Shown here: one piece after another, positions 29,254 to 43,512 of the stretch
Numbering within the stretch: position 1 is the first letter of the stretch
How the letters are laid out: each line of letters opens with the position of its first letter
Origin: the human T2T-CHM13v2.0 reference genome, Homo sapiens
NCBI RefSeq assembly: GCF_009914755.1
Contig: NC_060936.1
Length of the DNA: 64,000 bases
Reading direction: 5' to 3' (one strand)
Notes under the pieces: generated by a model
Database searches by the model: none
Seen by the model: only the letters and a program-made list of their open reading frames with translations
Told to the model about the DNA's origin: nothing
Program-made: the position numbers and the translations under genes

Positions 29254-31934
29254 AGTGACGCTAGATCAAGGTCAGTCTTCTAGCCACGAGGCTGTGTTAT
29301 CATTTTGCAAGACGTTATCATTAGGAAAACTGGCTAAAAGGTACATGGGATCTCTATATTACTTACGAATCTACAATTATCTCTGTAAAAATTTCAATTA
29401 GAAAAATGTGGAGCCAGGCTGCCAGGATGTGAGGCTCGAGTCTGTCACTCACCAACTGGGCAAACCCAGGTCCACAACTTACTCTCTTTGTGCCCAGTTT
29501 CCTTATCTGCAAAAGGAGGCTAATAATAATAATAATAGTAATAAAAATATAAGCTTCGTAGAGGTGTGGGGATACACAAAGCTAATCCGTGGAAAAGGAT
29601 CAGGAAGAACAGCTCGTGCTGAAACATCCTCATGGAATTTCACCAGCTTCCTCGTGATAGGAGATGACTTTCCATGGAACCCACAGGCCCTGAAGATGAC
29701 CCACATAAAAATTAGGAAGAAGCAGGAAGAGGGAGCCGGTGATGACTGTCTTGGAAAAGTCACATCCTGGAGACATCTGTCCAAGAGATCCACTGGAAAG
29801 TTGTGTGTTAGCCAAAGCAGTCCGCTGGCTGTAGGCATCGCCCATGACATGAGCAGAAAGAGCCAAGGTGGACAAAGATAGCAAGTGTTTAAAAGAGATG
29901 GCCTGTGGCGTCAGGAGGCACAGGTCCCTAGGACGGACAGCCTGCATGCCGGGCCCTCTCCCAGACACTGAAAGGTCTGAGCGTGGAAAGGAAGACATTC
30001 AAGTTCATGATTTGGAGGGGCGTGCTAGGTGCCAAGCTCTCTAGCTTTTTTCCTCATATTTAATACTTACAGCAACTTCTAAGACAGCTTTTATGACATT
30101 CCCCACTTGATGGATTAGTTTGCAGAGGTGCAGAGAGGACAAGAAATGTGCCTAAGGCCACCCAGCTAGGAAGTGAAGCAAAACAAGAGTTGAAGCCAGC
30201 TGGCTGGCTCCTTCGTCTGCTCCTGGCTGCCTGCATCAGAGACGACCCCTCAGGCCGGGGGTGCGCACCTGGCTCTCACCTGCCCCCGATACCTTGGTGC
30301 TAACTCCTGCCTTTGCGTTTTTGCCTATCCTGTGTTTGCAGATGAGCTACTTGCCCTGCTGTGTGCACGGATGGCTCACAGTGGGTGCAGGCGGCCTGCG
30401 GGCACAGTCCACGCTGTGATTAGCAGCAGCAGAGCCCCTGGATACCTCTGCCCAGAGCTCCGCGGGGTCAGCCATGCAATGGCACCATCGGATGAGCTGG
30501 CAAGGGCCTCCCAGACAGGCAGAAAGAGGGCTTGGCAACTGCACCATGTGTATGTAAGTCCCAGCTGGGTGTCCCTGGTCTCAGTTTCTCAGTCTGCAAA
30601 ATGGGCATCATTTGGCTGTTCCATGGATTAAATGAGGGGATACGTGCAAAGAACTTTAGGTTCCTCAGAGAGAAATCCAGATAAAGTTAGCAAAAGAACA
30701 GGAGTGGCCCCAAATCCTGAAAGCCCTTGGCACCTTCTTCCTGTACTCTAGACAGATGCCATCTCCCTGGCACCATCTGTGCCCACACCCACAACCCCAC
30801 CCATCTGTAAGGGGGTGGGGGTGGAGGGCATTCTAAAGGTTTTTTGGGATCCTCCCCAGCAAAATTGGAGCGGTTTGTTCATTCTCGAGTCCACTCCACA
30901 CTCTCTGGGCCCTGCTGGGCATGAAAGGAAACCACCCTTCTTGCCTCCCTCACTGTCTGGCTGCTAGGTGGGGTCAAACAAAGGAGGCCCTGGCAGCAGA
31001 AATCTGGAGGCCAGGAGCAGGGAGAAGCCGGTGTCTCTCCTTCTCTCTCTGCTCTGCGGAGGCAGCTTTTCCTCATGGGACAGGCGTCTTCCAGGGTTCC
31101 TGCTCCTGTCCAGGTGGCCGTGCTTGGCTCTAGCTCGGATGGGCCCAAGTCAGGTGACATAGCTCCTCCCGATGTCCCTCCAGCCCATGGGAGGTGGAGC
31201 TCCCTGCTTCTGCCTGTCTCCAGGCGCTGAACCAAGCCTGCCTGTTTTCTCACTGTCCATCACCGTGTCTCCAAGCCCCTGGACTGGATACCCTGTGTTT
31301 CAGCTTCCTTAGAGTGACTTTTGATGTCTTCCCTGGACTCCAGACTTCCACTTAGAAGCAGCAGGAGTGCTTAGAATCCACAGACCTCCCCTAGTCCTGT
31401 GTGAGTTACGTTTCCTCTGCCAGGAAGAGGAAACATAGAGCCAGGTGACTTCTTCCATTGTCCTTTATTTTTATTCATTCATATATTCAGCCCGACTGGC
31501 TGAGCACCCATAATGCGTCTATGTGATGCCATCTGGGAGCTTTTAAAGAGTTTATTAATAGTTTACACAAAAAGTGCTTACGGGGTGCATGGGTGTAACC
31601 CACAGACTACTGGGATTGGAGCACAGATGGTGCTGTGTGTGGGTACTGAGGCCAGCCAGCGGGGAGGGGTCCAGCTGCTGACCAGGGACCCCTGAAGCCA
31701 CTGGGCAAGGCAGAGCGAGCACCCTGGGCAGAGCCAGGGCTGTCTCAGCAGGACCGGCCAAGTGAGCGAGTGAGTGCTCCTTCCTCCTTCCCAGAACATG
31801 GGTGGCTTTGAACAGGAGGCAGGCACGATCTGCGGCTGCCGTCTGTGCAGGCAGAGAGCAGCTCTTGGTGGGCCTATTCATTCTGCTTGACACAGCAGAG
31901 GGACAGTGCTCTTTGAAGACTCTGTTGGGGATCG

Positions 31935-32387
31935 TGAGAGGTGGATTAAGGGTCTCCCCAAAGATGTCCACACCCTCATCCCTGAAACCTGCGACTGTGT
32001 CACCTTACAGGGTTACAGGGACTCACAAATGAGCTGGAGAGATTTTCCTGGGTATTCTGTGTGGGGCCATTGTCATCCCCAGGGCCCTTAGAAGAGGGAG
32101 GCAGGAGGGCTGGAGGCAGAGGAGGAGAGGCGACCAGGGAAGCGGAGGTCGGAGGGATGGAGGGCGGGAGTCAGGAACGTGGGCACCTCTGGAAGCTGGA
32201 AGAGGAAAGGAAATGGATTTCCCCCCGCACCCTGGAGCCTCCCTGGGGACAAAGCCCTGGTGACACCTGAGTTTAGCTCCGTGAGACCTGTTTCAGACTC
32301 CTGACCTCCGGGACTGTAAGGTGAGTCATCTGTGTTGTTTTAAGCCCTTGGCTTGGTGATTTGTTACAGCAGAAATAGGAACTCATT
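31935..32387 (+). mobile_element. MLT1 solo LTR
   Basis: cccaaagatgtccacaccctcatccctgaaacctg...gactcctgacctcc...gttgttttaagcc...ttgttacagcagaaataggaa. Confidence 0.8.
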
Positions 32388-32916
32388 ATATACGGGTAAT
32401 AATGGCTGACCTTTACTGAGCGCCTCGACTGGGAGCCAGCCACTTAGAAATGATCCCTTTGATCTTACAGTGCCCCTGTGAAAGGGTATTGTTAGGCTCA
32501 TTTTACCGCAGAGAAGCTGAGGCTTACTGCAGACAAGCAACTTGCCCAGAGTCAGAGGAAAAGGAAGTGGGCACCTGAGTGAGACTCTGCCAGGCTCTGC
32601 TGGGAGCCCTTCATGTGTACAGGCTGATCCCAGGCTCACAGCAAGCCCGTGAGGTCCAGGCGGTCGCCATTCTCCTCATGCTTACAGATGGGGAAACCGA
32701 GGCACAGCTCATCTCCGAGGTCCCCGTGTTAGGAAACGTCAGAGCCAGGATTTGAACTCAGGCAACTTCTCGCCGGAGTCTGTGCTCTGGACCCCACGGG
32801 GAGGGGTGAGATGGAAGCCAGGCATTTACAGAAGCCAAGACCAGGGAAGAGCATGGACCTTAGACCACAGCACCCCTGAACCATCGAGCCCCTGCCACAC
32901 TTCCTGGAATGCTCTT

Positions 32917-33350
32917 TGTGGAGCATTGAATAGTGTTCACCCAAAAGTCATGCCCTCCTCCGAATGTAACCTCATCTGGAAATGGGGACACTGCAGATGT
33001 CATGAAGGTAAGGACGGAAAAGAGCGCGCACTGGAGTAGGCTGGGCATGAAATCCAGGGAGAGAGTCCTTCTGGGAAGGAGGAGAGCAGACACAGAGACA
33101 CACAGGAGGGCGACACGGAGGCACAGGCGGAGACTGCAGTGGAATCATGCTTCCACAAGCCGAGGAACACCGACGGCTGCCGGCACACCACAGCTAGGAG
33201 CGCCAAGGACTGCCGGTACACCACACACCACAGCTGCACAGAGGCCTGGGACAGATGCTCCCATGGAGCCTGCACAAGAAGCCTCTCTGCCCACACCTTG
33301 ACTTTGGACTTGAAGCCTTCAGAGCGGTGAGAGGAGAGGCTCCTGTTGCG
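32917..33350 (+). mobile_element. MLT1B/C-like LTR
   Basis: tgtggagcattgaatagtg...gaatgtaacctcatctggaaat...cacaccttgactttggact. Confidence 0.7.
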
Positions 33351-33944
33351 TGAGGCCGGCAGCCCCAGGACACACACTCTTCCCGTGGGGCCAGCTCCTC
33401 CCTCCCCAGCACCACGAGGTGCCCCGGAGAATTGGGCTCTTGACCCGGGCCAGGCAGGAAATGCAGGCTTGCTCTTTAAAACACATTAAAAGGGATCCTG
33501 CAAAGGTTAAAAAAAATAAGCAGATGAACAAGATAAGCGTTCCCCTGGGACCTGAAAGACGCAGAAGAACAAGTAGGAGGAACATTCGGAGGAGAAGACC
33601 TAGCTGCAGCTGGGTCCTGGCAAAGTTATCGGGTTCTGCTCCCTCTGCCTGGGTGAGGTACTGGCAAAGTTCTCCGGTTCTGCGCCCTCTGCCCAGGTGA
33701 GAGCCACCAGGTCCTCCTGTTTCTGCAAGCAACGGTCCCCAGCCCACTCCTCATGCAGAGAACTCCCTCTTGGTGCCAAGGCCGATGGGGTGCCCCCGCC
33801 ACTACCCAGCTATCCCTGCTGCAGAAGCACAGGGCGGTCAGGGCAGGCGGAGTTCTGCAGCATGCACCCCCCAAGCCTGGGACCAGGCACACCGACAGCA
33901 CTCCCCAGCATATCCCTGCTGATGCAGGCCTGGGGCCCGGGGGG

Positions 33945-34860
33945 TGTGGTGTGTGTGTGTGATGTGTGCATGTGTGCGTGTGTGTGTGTGCTGTGTATTA
34001 TATGTTTGTTATTCAGTGTGTGTGCATGTGTGTACAGATGTCCGTGTTTATGTGTGTACACGTGTGGTGCACACATGTATGGTTATGCATGCATGGGTAT
34101 GCATTTGCATGTGTGTGATGTGTGCATGCACATATGTGTGTATCTGTGTGTGTATGCGCATGCCTGTGTATGTGTGTATATTTGTGATATATGTATGGGC
34201 AGTGCAAGTGTGTGTGCTGTGTATTATATGTAGGTAAATTGTGTGTGCCTGTGTGCACAGGTGTGTATGTGTGCACGTGTATATGTGTGTACATGTGTGG
34301 AGCTTAACCCTGTGATTGTGCACATGCATGTGTATGTATGTGTATGATATGTGTAGGTGCATATGTGCATGTGTATCTGTGTACATATATGTGCGTGTGT
34401 GTTTATGTGTAGTGTGTGTATATTTGTGATATGTGTATGTGCAGTGTATATGTGTATGATGTATTATACATGTGTGAATCTGTGTGCATGTGTGCAGATG
34501 GGTATGCAGATTGTCATATGTGTGTGGTGTATACATGTGTGGTTGTATATGCATGAACATGTATGTGCATTGTGTGATGTGTATCCATGTGCATGCCTGT
34601 ATGTGTGTGTACATGCTTGTATGTCTGTATTTGGGTGATGTGTGTATGTGCATGCATGTGTGTATGTGCCTATGTGTGTGTGCATATGTGTGTGCGTGTT
34701 TACATGTCTGTATTTGGGTGATGTGTGTGTACATGTGTGCATGTGTGTGTGCACATGTGTATATCTGTATTTGGGTGATATGTGTGTATGTGTGGGCATG
34801 TGTATGTGCGCTTCTGTATCTGTTTATGTTCATGTGTATCTGTGTGCCTGACATGTACAT
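33945..34860. repeat. ~0.9 kb TG/TA-rich alternating purine-pyrimidine low-complexity tract
   Basis: Read directly; source of the CV/HT-rich spurious ORFs. Confidence 0.95.
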
Positions 34861-35641
34861 AGAGGTACGTGAAGCTGTGTGAATCACATCAGCAAAGTCT
34901 CTTTTGCTGTAGAAGGTGACATGGTCACAGGTTTCAGAGATTAGGGCCTGGATGTCTTGGAGTCCACGGCTAAGCCTGCCACAGAAGGCATTCCACAATC
35001 CCCCCGCCAGGTCATCCTCAGTTTCCCCTTTCTACGAGTCAGAAAAAACAAAATGACACTCAGAGGTTCAGCTCTGCCTACAGATGCCTCTGTCTACCCT
35101 AAGTTCTTAACAAATCCTGTTTTGTTACCAAGACGTACAAATCAGGTCATTTCACTCCCACGCCCAGTTGTCCAGCTTCCCTTGAGGAGTCAAGGCCTCA
35201 AGGCTCTGCTGGCCACCCTCTTCCATGGGAGTAACTGGCTGGGATTCCCTGGGGCTGCCCCTTAGAGGAGGCCTGGACAGTCCAGTTTGCCACAGACCTC
35301 ACCGCTCCCTCATACTCCGTTCCTGAGAGCCGAAGTCTGCCAACTTTTCCCACACACTTGCACTTTCTCTGAAATGTCTCCTCATAGTGGAGTTAGGGAA
35401 GACTGGGGCGTTTCTTGCACGTACAACTCTATCCCAGGCACAACCCAAGCTGGATGTGCTGGGTGGGTGTTTTTAACCCAGGACTCAACCCTCCTTCATG
35501 CTCCCAGCTGGGCCCCGACGGGCATTGGTGCCTGTGACCCCCCCACTCTCAGTGTCTGACTTTCCATATTCTTTGTCTGCTTTTCTAGTTTGACCAAGGA
35601 GCTTATGTTTTTAAGTCATGGAATAAAACATGGATTACTAT

Positions 35642-36070
35642 TGTGGGTTGAACTGCATCCCCCAAAAAGATCAGCGGAGGTCCTAGAAACACAGGACTTC
35701 AGAATGTGACTGTGTCTGAAGACAAGGTCATTGCAGATGTAATTGTTAAGATGAAATCATACTGGAGCAGGCTGGGCCCACTCCAGTACGACCGATGTCA
35801 TCATAAGAGAAGAGACACAGAGACTCCACGTGGAGACAGAGGCGGAGATGGGAGCAATGTGGCCACAAACCCAGGGTTGCCACAACCAGCAGAAACTAGG
35901 AGGAGGCGAGGCAGGAGCCTCCCCTGCGCCTCCAGAGAGAGCCTGGCCCTGCCAATACCGTGATTTCGGACTTCTTTTAACCTCCAGAATTGTGCAAGAA
36001 TAAATGTTGCTTGTTTTGAGCCACCCAGCTTGTGGTCCTCAGTTACAACAGTCCCAGGAAACTAATACAT
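35642..36070 (+). mobile_element. MLT1B/C-like solo LTR
   Basis: tgtgggttgaactgcatcccccaaaa...cagaatgtgac...cctccagaattgtg...aggaaactaataca. Confidence 0.85.
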
Positions 36071-37049
36071 CTAGTAAATAAAATGAGAGCGGTTTCTCTG
36101 CATGAACTGAAATGATGGCGGGCTCTGCAGGGACAGTTCGCAGACATCTGCAAACAAATACTGTCCAAACCGTGGTAAACAGCCGTCTTTTATTTCGGCG
36201 AAAGCCTTTGGGCCAGTTTTCGTATGTTGTTGGAAGCACTAAATCTCTCGCTGGCAGAGATCTGCAAGCAGCTACAAGCCAGCGGCTCACCTGCAGCAAA
36301 ACGCCTGGAGGCAGGTCCATGCAATGCCCACGTCTTGCATGTCATTGTGCAGTTAAACAGCTCCTGAACCAGAGAGCAGCTGCGCCCAGACAGCTTCCCG
36401 GGTGGTAAGAACTGTATTTGACCTCCTGGCAGCACAAACGACTGAATAACAATTAAACAAAACAGGACAGTCTCCGTGTTTCAAAATGCGCATTTAAACC
36501 TAAAAGAAACACGGTGTGTTTACTTTCTGAGCCTGGCCTTCCCTGGGTGCACAGTGAGCCACTTCTGAAAGCGTATGGGCACACCCGCTACAGAAACCAG
36601 CTTACACTGGCTCGGTTGCCAGTCCTGGGGCATTTCAGAAGAATTGAGTCAGAAAGGTGTTTTCTGTGGGTGATTCAAAGGCTCCAGGTCTCCAGAAATT
36701 TGTTGCATGAAATGGAGAATAAGTAGGCTCGGGCTCGGACTTGGCCGCGTGCAGCTTCAGGGGTGAAGCTGCTTGGAGGCCAGGGGCCAGCCCCAGTGCT
36801 TGGATGCTGGGGTGCAGATCCGGGAATGGGATGATAGCCAGGTGGAAAGGGGGAGGTGGCTCCTGGGTCTTGGAGAAGAGGGTGAGAATATAACCAAAGA
36901 TTTGTCTGAAAGCCAGACAGTGGAGAGTCAGCTTGGCTGTGAATCATACCTAGTTTGAGCATAAAGATGAGAAGTGAAAACAGAGATGGGGAGGTAAAAA
37001 AGGAGGGGGAGGTGAACAGAGAGGCTTAGGTCCCCATCGATAACAGTAG

Positions 37050-37393
<344 letters not shown>

Positions 37394-38049
37394 AGGGATA
37401 TCTTTTGAGATCTTCTTGCCCCAGAGCTTAATTTCAGAATCCAGCGTGATTGTTAAAGAAGAAAATAAACGGGCTTTTTCTATTTTACCTGGAGCATGTC
37501 ACCAGGACAATTTTCATCCAAAGACCTAGTTCAATGGGGCTCCTTCCCCAAGCTCCCCACACACGCTCCGGGAATCGATTTTTTTTACAGTTGTCTGAAG
37601 TGCAAGTCAAGCTTTTGCACACACACTCTCTCTCTTTCTCTTTTTCTCTGTCTTAAATTGCCAGAAATGTACAATTTTCCTAATGGAGAGTTTATTTCAG
37701 GCTCATCAAGATAAAATAAATTCCGCTGGTGTGCAGCCGGCCAGGCGCAGGGCAGAGCGGCGGCAAGCGGCCCGCGGGCAGAGGGGGCAGCGAGGGTCCA
37801 TGCTCAGCGTCTGAACGTTACATTGGCATCTGGGGAGGGGGGGGGCTCCATGTGTGGTCACGTGAACTCCGAGAACGAACCTGGCTGAGCACAGTCGACC
37901 TTGTCACTGTCATGACCCAAGGTGTCCTCTGTGACTGGACATGGGGCGGGGTGCGTTACGTAGATGACTCGTTAAGCTCTAGTGGCTAACTCAGTGCGTC
38001 CATGAAGGCTGTGCGGAGATGCGGCCGGCAGAAGGCAAACATAGATGAC

Positions 38050-38412
38050 GCTGGGGATATCGGTGTAAATACGGGTATGGCCAGTTGGTCGATACAGAAG
38101 GGTTTGTTTGAAGGCCTTCGCTCACACGATTGTGGCTGCTGGCAAATCCAAAATCTATAAGGCAGGCTGGCGGCTGGAGCCTCAGGCAGGATTTCTACGA
38201 GGCAGAATTTCTCCTCCTTCGGGAAACCTGCTTCCCCTCGGAAGGCCTTCTGTGGGCTGCGTGATGTGCTCCCACATGCTCAGGGGCAAGCTCCTTTATT
38301 GGCTGTAGGCATCGGCCACATCCCCAAAACACCTGCCCAGCAACCCTGAGATGACTGCTTGGGTTCGTCTCCAGGTACGCTAAGCCTGCCCACATAAAAC
38401 TGACTGCCACAC
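38050..38412 (-). mobile_element. MLT2-like LTR
   Basis: ctcacacgattgtgg...ctggcaaatccaaaatct...cacatccccaaaacacct...cacataaaactgact. Confidence 0.65.
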
Positions 38413-41400
38413 ACTGACGTTCTCCGGTGAGAGATGGGAGACTCAGAGAGGCCACTTCCTTTGCCAGGGTTGTAGAGCAATGGAAGGGCTTGAGTGGTCA
38501 GGTCTTTGGGTCTCATTGCCTGTGGTTCTAAACTAGCAGAGTGTGGAATGCCTCGGCTTCCACTGACCCTGTGGCCCCGGCAGGGCCTCCACCATCAGGA
38601 CCACCGAGCACGCCCTCCTGCCAGGAGCGACGTCCTCCTTCCTGAGAAGTTTCTCGTGGGTGGGAGGGATGGGAACCGGACTCTTGACACCTCCCTGGTG
38701 CCCCAGCCCCACCCTCGCAAGGCGGACCACCCAGAAGGTTCTTCCGGCCCCTTTTCCAAAGCCCTCCTGCCTCACTTAACCCAGCCCAGGTTAACTGATG
38801 ACTGTGGGAAGAGATGTTTCCAGCAGCACACTGTCTTGTAATCCAAGGGGCCCTGGAAAAAGGGGTTTCGCAGCGGCACTGTGGTCTCAGAGTCCATGCG
38901 AGAGGAAACACATCTGTCCCTGTATTTTCCGCAGACACCCCCCCTCGCCTCCCCCACGTCCCCACAGGCTGTCATATTGTTTCCAGTTGTGTTTATGGTA
39001 AACTCAGGCCATAACACGCCTCTGTCGTTGTAAAAGATGGAAAGAGTCTTAGGAGAGAAATTTTCATCCCAGGCCTTTCAAGCGGCATTTTCCCGGTGGT
39101 AGAGGTGAATGGGAAACATGAAGCAGCTGCCTGCAGGAACGTTTTTCCCTCTGTGGCAAGGATAAACAGTGAAAGGCGTTTGCTGAAGATGGAAAGAGAC
39201 ACTGTGCAAACCAATATGCACAGCTCCTGAGGCCTGTGCTGGGGGCCGTGGCTTGCTGACGTCTCTCCAAATACGCAAGTCAGAGAAGGGCTGACTCACA
39301 GGTCATGGATTGCAAAAAATATGGCACAAGCCTGACTTCGAACTTTCAAAGGGACAAGGACGTGCACGCCACAGCCACAGCCCCAGACCAGGGTGTAGGC
39401 CGTGGGGCTCCAGCTCCCTTCTGGGCATCACTGCTGTGTGTCCTTGGGAGAGTGTCTCCGCCTCTCTGGCACCTCCCTTCACTCTGGAAACCTGTCCATC
39501 AGGCCAGGGGACTGGGGTGGCGTGCGGCCTACCTCCTCCCACCTTCCGAGCCCAACCCCAAAACTGGATAAGCAGTCAGCTTGCACTCTGAACCCAGAAC
39601 TGAAACGAGGATTAAGCTTCGCTTTGTGCGTGCCACAAACCAGACACCACATCCAACCTCCGGCTCTAGGGCCAGGAACTCCAATCACCAAGCATTTTTG
39701 GAAAACCAAATCAAAGCTAGATGGCTTTTCTAACATGTTATATTGTATTAAAGATTGAAAATGACATTGAGAAGTAAAAATAAATTGGAAATAACTGGAA
39801 AAATCTAAATGTCCAGTAACATTGGGGGATTCATTAAAAATTCTGACCCAATGGAACATCGACGAGCCACCACAATGACCTTTTTAAAGAATGTTCCCTG
39901 CTGGGCAAAGATGCTCATGAAATCTTACTTGAAAAATAAAGTAGGCCATGGAAAGGTATGTACAGTAAGATCACACTTAGGAAATTATATATAATCGGGG
40001 TGCTCAGGCTTTCAGAAAAAAAACCAGAAGAGGCACACAGAGTCACAGGGCACAGAGTCTGGGTGGCGGGCCCCTATGAGATTTTCACTCTCTCTATGTA
40101 TGCGTATTTTGTGTGTTATACATTTTATATAATGAGTGTATTAATTCTGTGATCAGAAGGAAGTCAGTGTTTTTGTGTTTTGTGTGTGTGTGTCTCAAGG
40201 CAGCATTATAAAAGGGACTAGGTCATCAGCTTCCTCAGCTACCCCACGGCAAACCGCCCTTGTTCTTTTTTTAACTTACAACAGCTCAGAAGCCAAACTT
40301 CAAACTGCTCTCGTCAAGGGTTTTTTCCTTCACACTAAGAGCCAGAGACATAGCAAGGAACCCGGCCCTGAAGCAGTGGGCACAGGCTGCTGACCGGCTC
40401 CGCCCTGCCTCTGGGACCCTGGGCAGGCTGCTTGACCTCTCTGGCCTCAGTTTTCCGAACTGTGAAATGGGAGCATTAATGACAGGATCAACCCCTGGGA
40501 AGCGCGGGTAGGGTTATATAATGAGAACACCGGTAAGTGCTGGGTCATAATTGGTGTCACCATAACTAACATAAATGACAAGAGAGGCAGCCAGTGCCTG
40601 CACGCCCAGGCCATCTGTCTTTCATCCCTGGGCTGCATCTCTACCCAACCCTGCTCTAGACTCCACAGAGAGATGCAGACCACTCCCTCTCCCCACCAAA
40701 AAAAGAAGAGAGATATTTTGTGTCTTTAAAGAGGCAATGTCTTCCGATGTCCAAGTCAAACGGAACAGAAAAGTCAGGCCACACTCCACCGCCTGACCCT
40801 GGGATGCAGATCACAGAAGTTCAAGGGAAGATGGGGGTCAGGGCAGATGCAGCCAAGGCTGGTTCCAGAGAGAGGGCAGGGCTGGGAGCTCAGTGGGGAG
40901 CTTCACCGGGCTGGAAGCAGAATCTCCTCTATCCTGGTGTCCTAGGACAGGCTTTTCATGACATATAGTGGCGGCACTAACTCACGCCACCCTCCACCCA
41001 TGGTTACAGCCATCATCCACTGCTTTGCCACAGGTGGCTTTGGAAGGACCTGAGCAGGGACCTGTTGTATAAGCTGTTCTAGGTGAGCTCACCTGAGCCC
41101 TAGAGTCCTGCCTTCTTGTTCCCAGCTTTAATATTGGCCCAGGGGTCAGCAGAGCCATTTCCTGTGTGTCCTCGGGGGCACGGCAGTGAGGAAGGAGGAC
41201 CTCCACGGCTTACCCAGACACCTCCCTCCCTCTATCCGTGCAAATCCCGCGACTACTGTAATGTCCTCCACGGTAAGAAAGGGCCCCTCGGTCCCCTGTC
41301 AAGGCGCTGTCTGCTGCAGGTGGTGCCAGCCTTGCAGTGCTGTGGTAAGAGGGGCATGCTTTGTGTTAGAATGCCAGTCTCTGCAGAGTTGGAAAGCACC

Positions 41401-42719
41401 CTCACCCGTGGTACACGGTCCTGTCTTCTCCAGACAGAAACAAAGAACACCCACAGGACAGCCCAGGCTTCACCCAAGCAGCGCCCTGGAGAAGGGAGTG
41501 ATCTTGTCTCCTTCCTGCGTCATCTTTCAAATGGAACAGGATCTGGGGGCAAGACCAGCAAATCGGAGCTGCCTGCCTGGGCCTGGGAACATCAGCGTGG
41601 GATCTCCCGCCCTTTCCCCTGCAGCTTCAATCCAGCTAGGGCTCCGTTCCCTCTGGAAGGTGCTAAGTGGTTCTGGGTGTGATAAGCCTTGTCTGGTCAT
41701 CTGGCCATGCTGGGAGACCTCGCTGCTTAGTGGGATTTCAAAGGAGAGGGATGTTGGAAGTGGGAAGTTTATTATCATTACTACTACTGTTTTGGTGAAG
41801 TGCCCATGGCTGAGTGAGTTTTAAACATCCAAGGGTGGAGATTTGGGCCCGGCATCATCATTGCTTCTAAGGAAAGTCAGAAAACACCACATGTATATGG
41901 AGCATTTGCGTTAGACATCAGAAGCTAGAGGCGGCGCCCTTCTCTGCAGCACCCTCAGCTACCCTGGGCCGGGGCACCTGCAGGGAAAACGCTTTCATGG
42001 TTTAGAGACATAGACGAGCCACACAGCCCTGTGTCAATCCAGTGGGGCCAACCCTGCTCGGAGCCTGCTGCAAACAGGCCTGTTTGTGTTGGCCGATCCG
42101 TGCCTCCATCAGCCAGGGTGACTCACCTGCATTTAGCTTGGAGCGAGAACCAAAGGCCAAGTCCCGGTGAGAACCCTTTCCAGAGGTCCTAATCGAGTCA
42201 TCTCACGGGGCTTCGCAAGCAGTCATTAGGCTGAACAACTCCTGACTGTACATATAATTATGCTCCTTGCACACAGGGAAACTGAGGCCAAGAGACTTCA
42301 CTTTCTCAGTTCTGTAATTGGGCTAGCATCCAGACTCTCTTGTCTCGTTGTCTAACCCAGAAGCAGGGGTTATTCTGGATGAACCGGGAAGTTTCCTCCC
42401 AAGTCTGGTGTCTGGATCAGACATCACCTGCTCTCTACCAGGCAGCCGTGCCAGCCACAGAAGGACGGTCGGGACAGTAGAACGGGGCTCATGAAGAACT
42501 GGATCCCAGCAGATGTCCTGTCTACAGCACACGGTGGCTACTCGCCTGAGCCAGACCTATGCCCAGAAGGATATTTTTTGAGAAGCTGAAAGCTCTGGTT
42601 TTCATGTGAAATATGACGATGTTTTAAAGTTCACTGACAGATTCAAATGTCTTTAAAACACTGCACAGTCCAAATGCAGCAGGTGTGGAGTAGATTCAGT
42701 CCTAAAGAAATGAATATGG

Positions 42720-43010
<291 letters not shown>

Positions 43011-43116
43011 ATATGGACCATTTATCTAGATCAGCACAGTCTACTAGAAATATAATGTGAACCACAAATGTGATTTTAAATTTTCTGGTAGCTACTTTTA
43101 AAAAGTAAAGAGAAGC

Positions 43117-43512
<396 letters not shown>

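Noticed and set aside
33697-34998. Cys/Val- and His/Thr-rich ORFs up to 316 aa (similar ones at 54.0-54.5 and 56.8-57.1 kb)
   Set aside because: Translations of TG/CA simple repeats.
41116-41824. Overlapping 188- and 212-aa ORFs partly similar to ORFs at 43439-43994
   Set aside because: The similarity comes from the DNA duplication; frames are not preserved between copies and starts are non-ATG.
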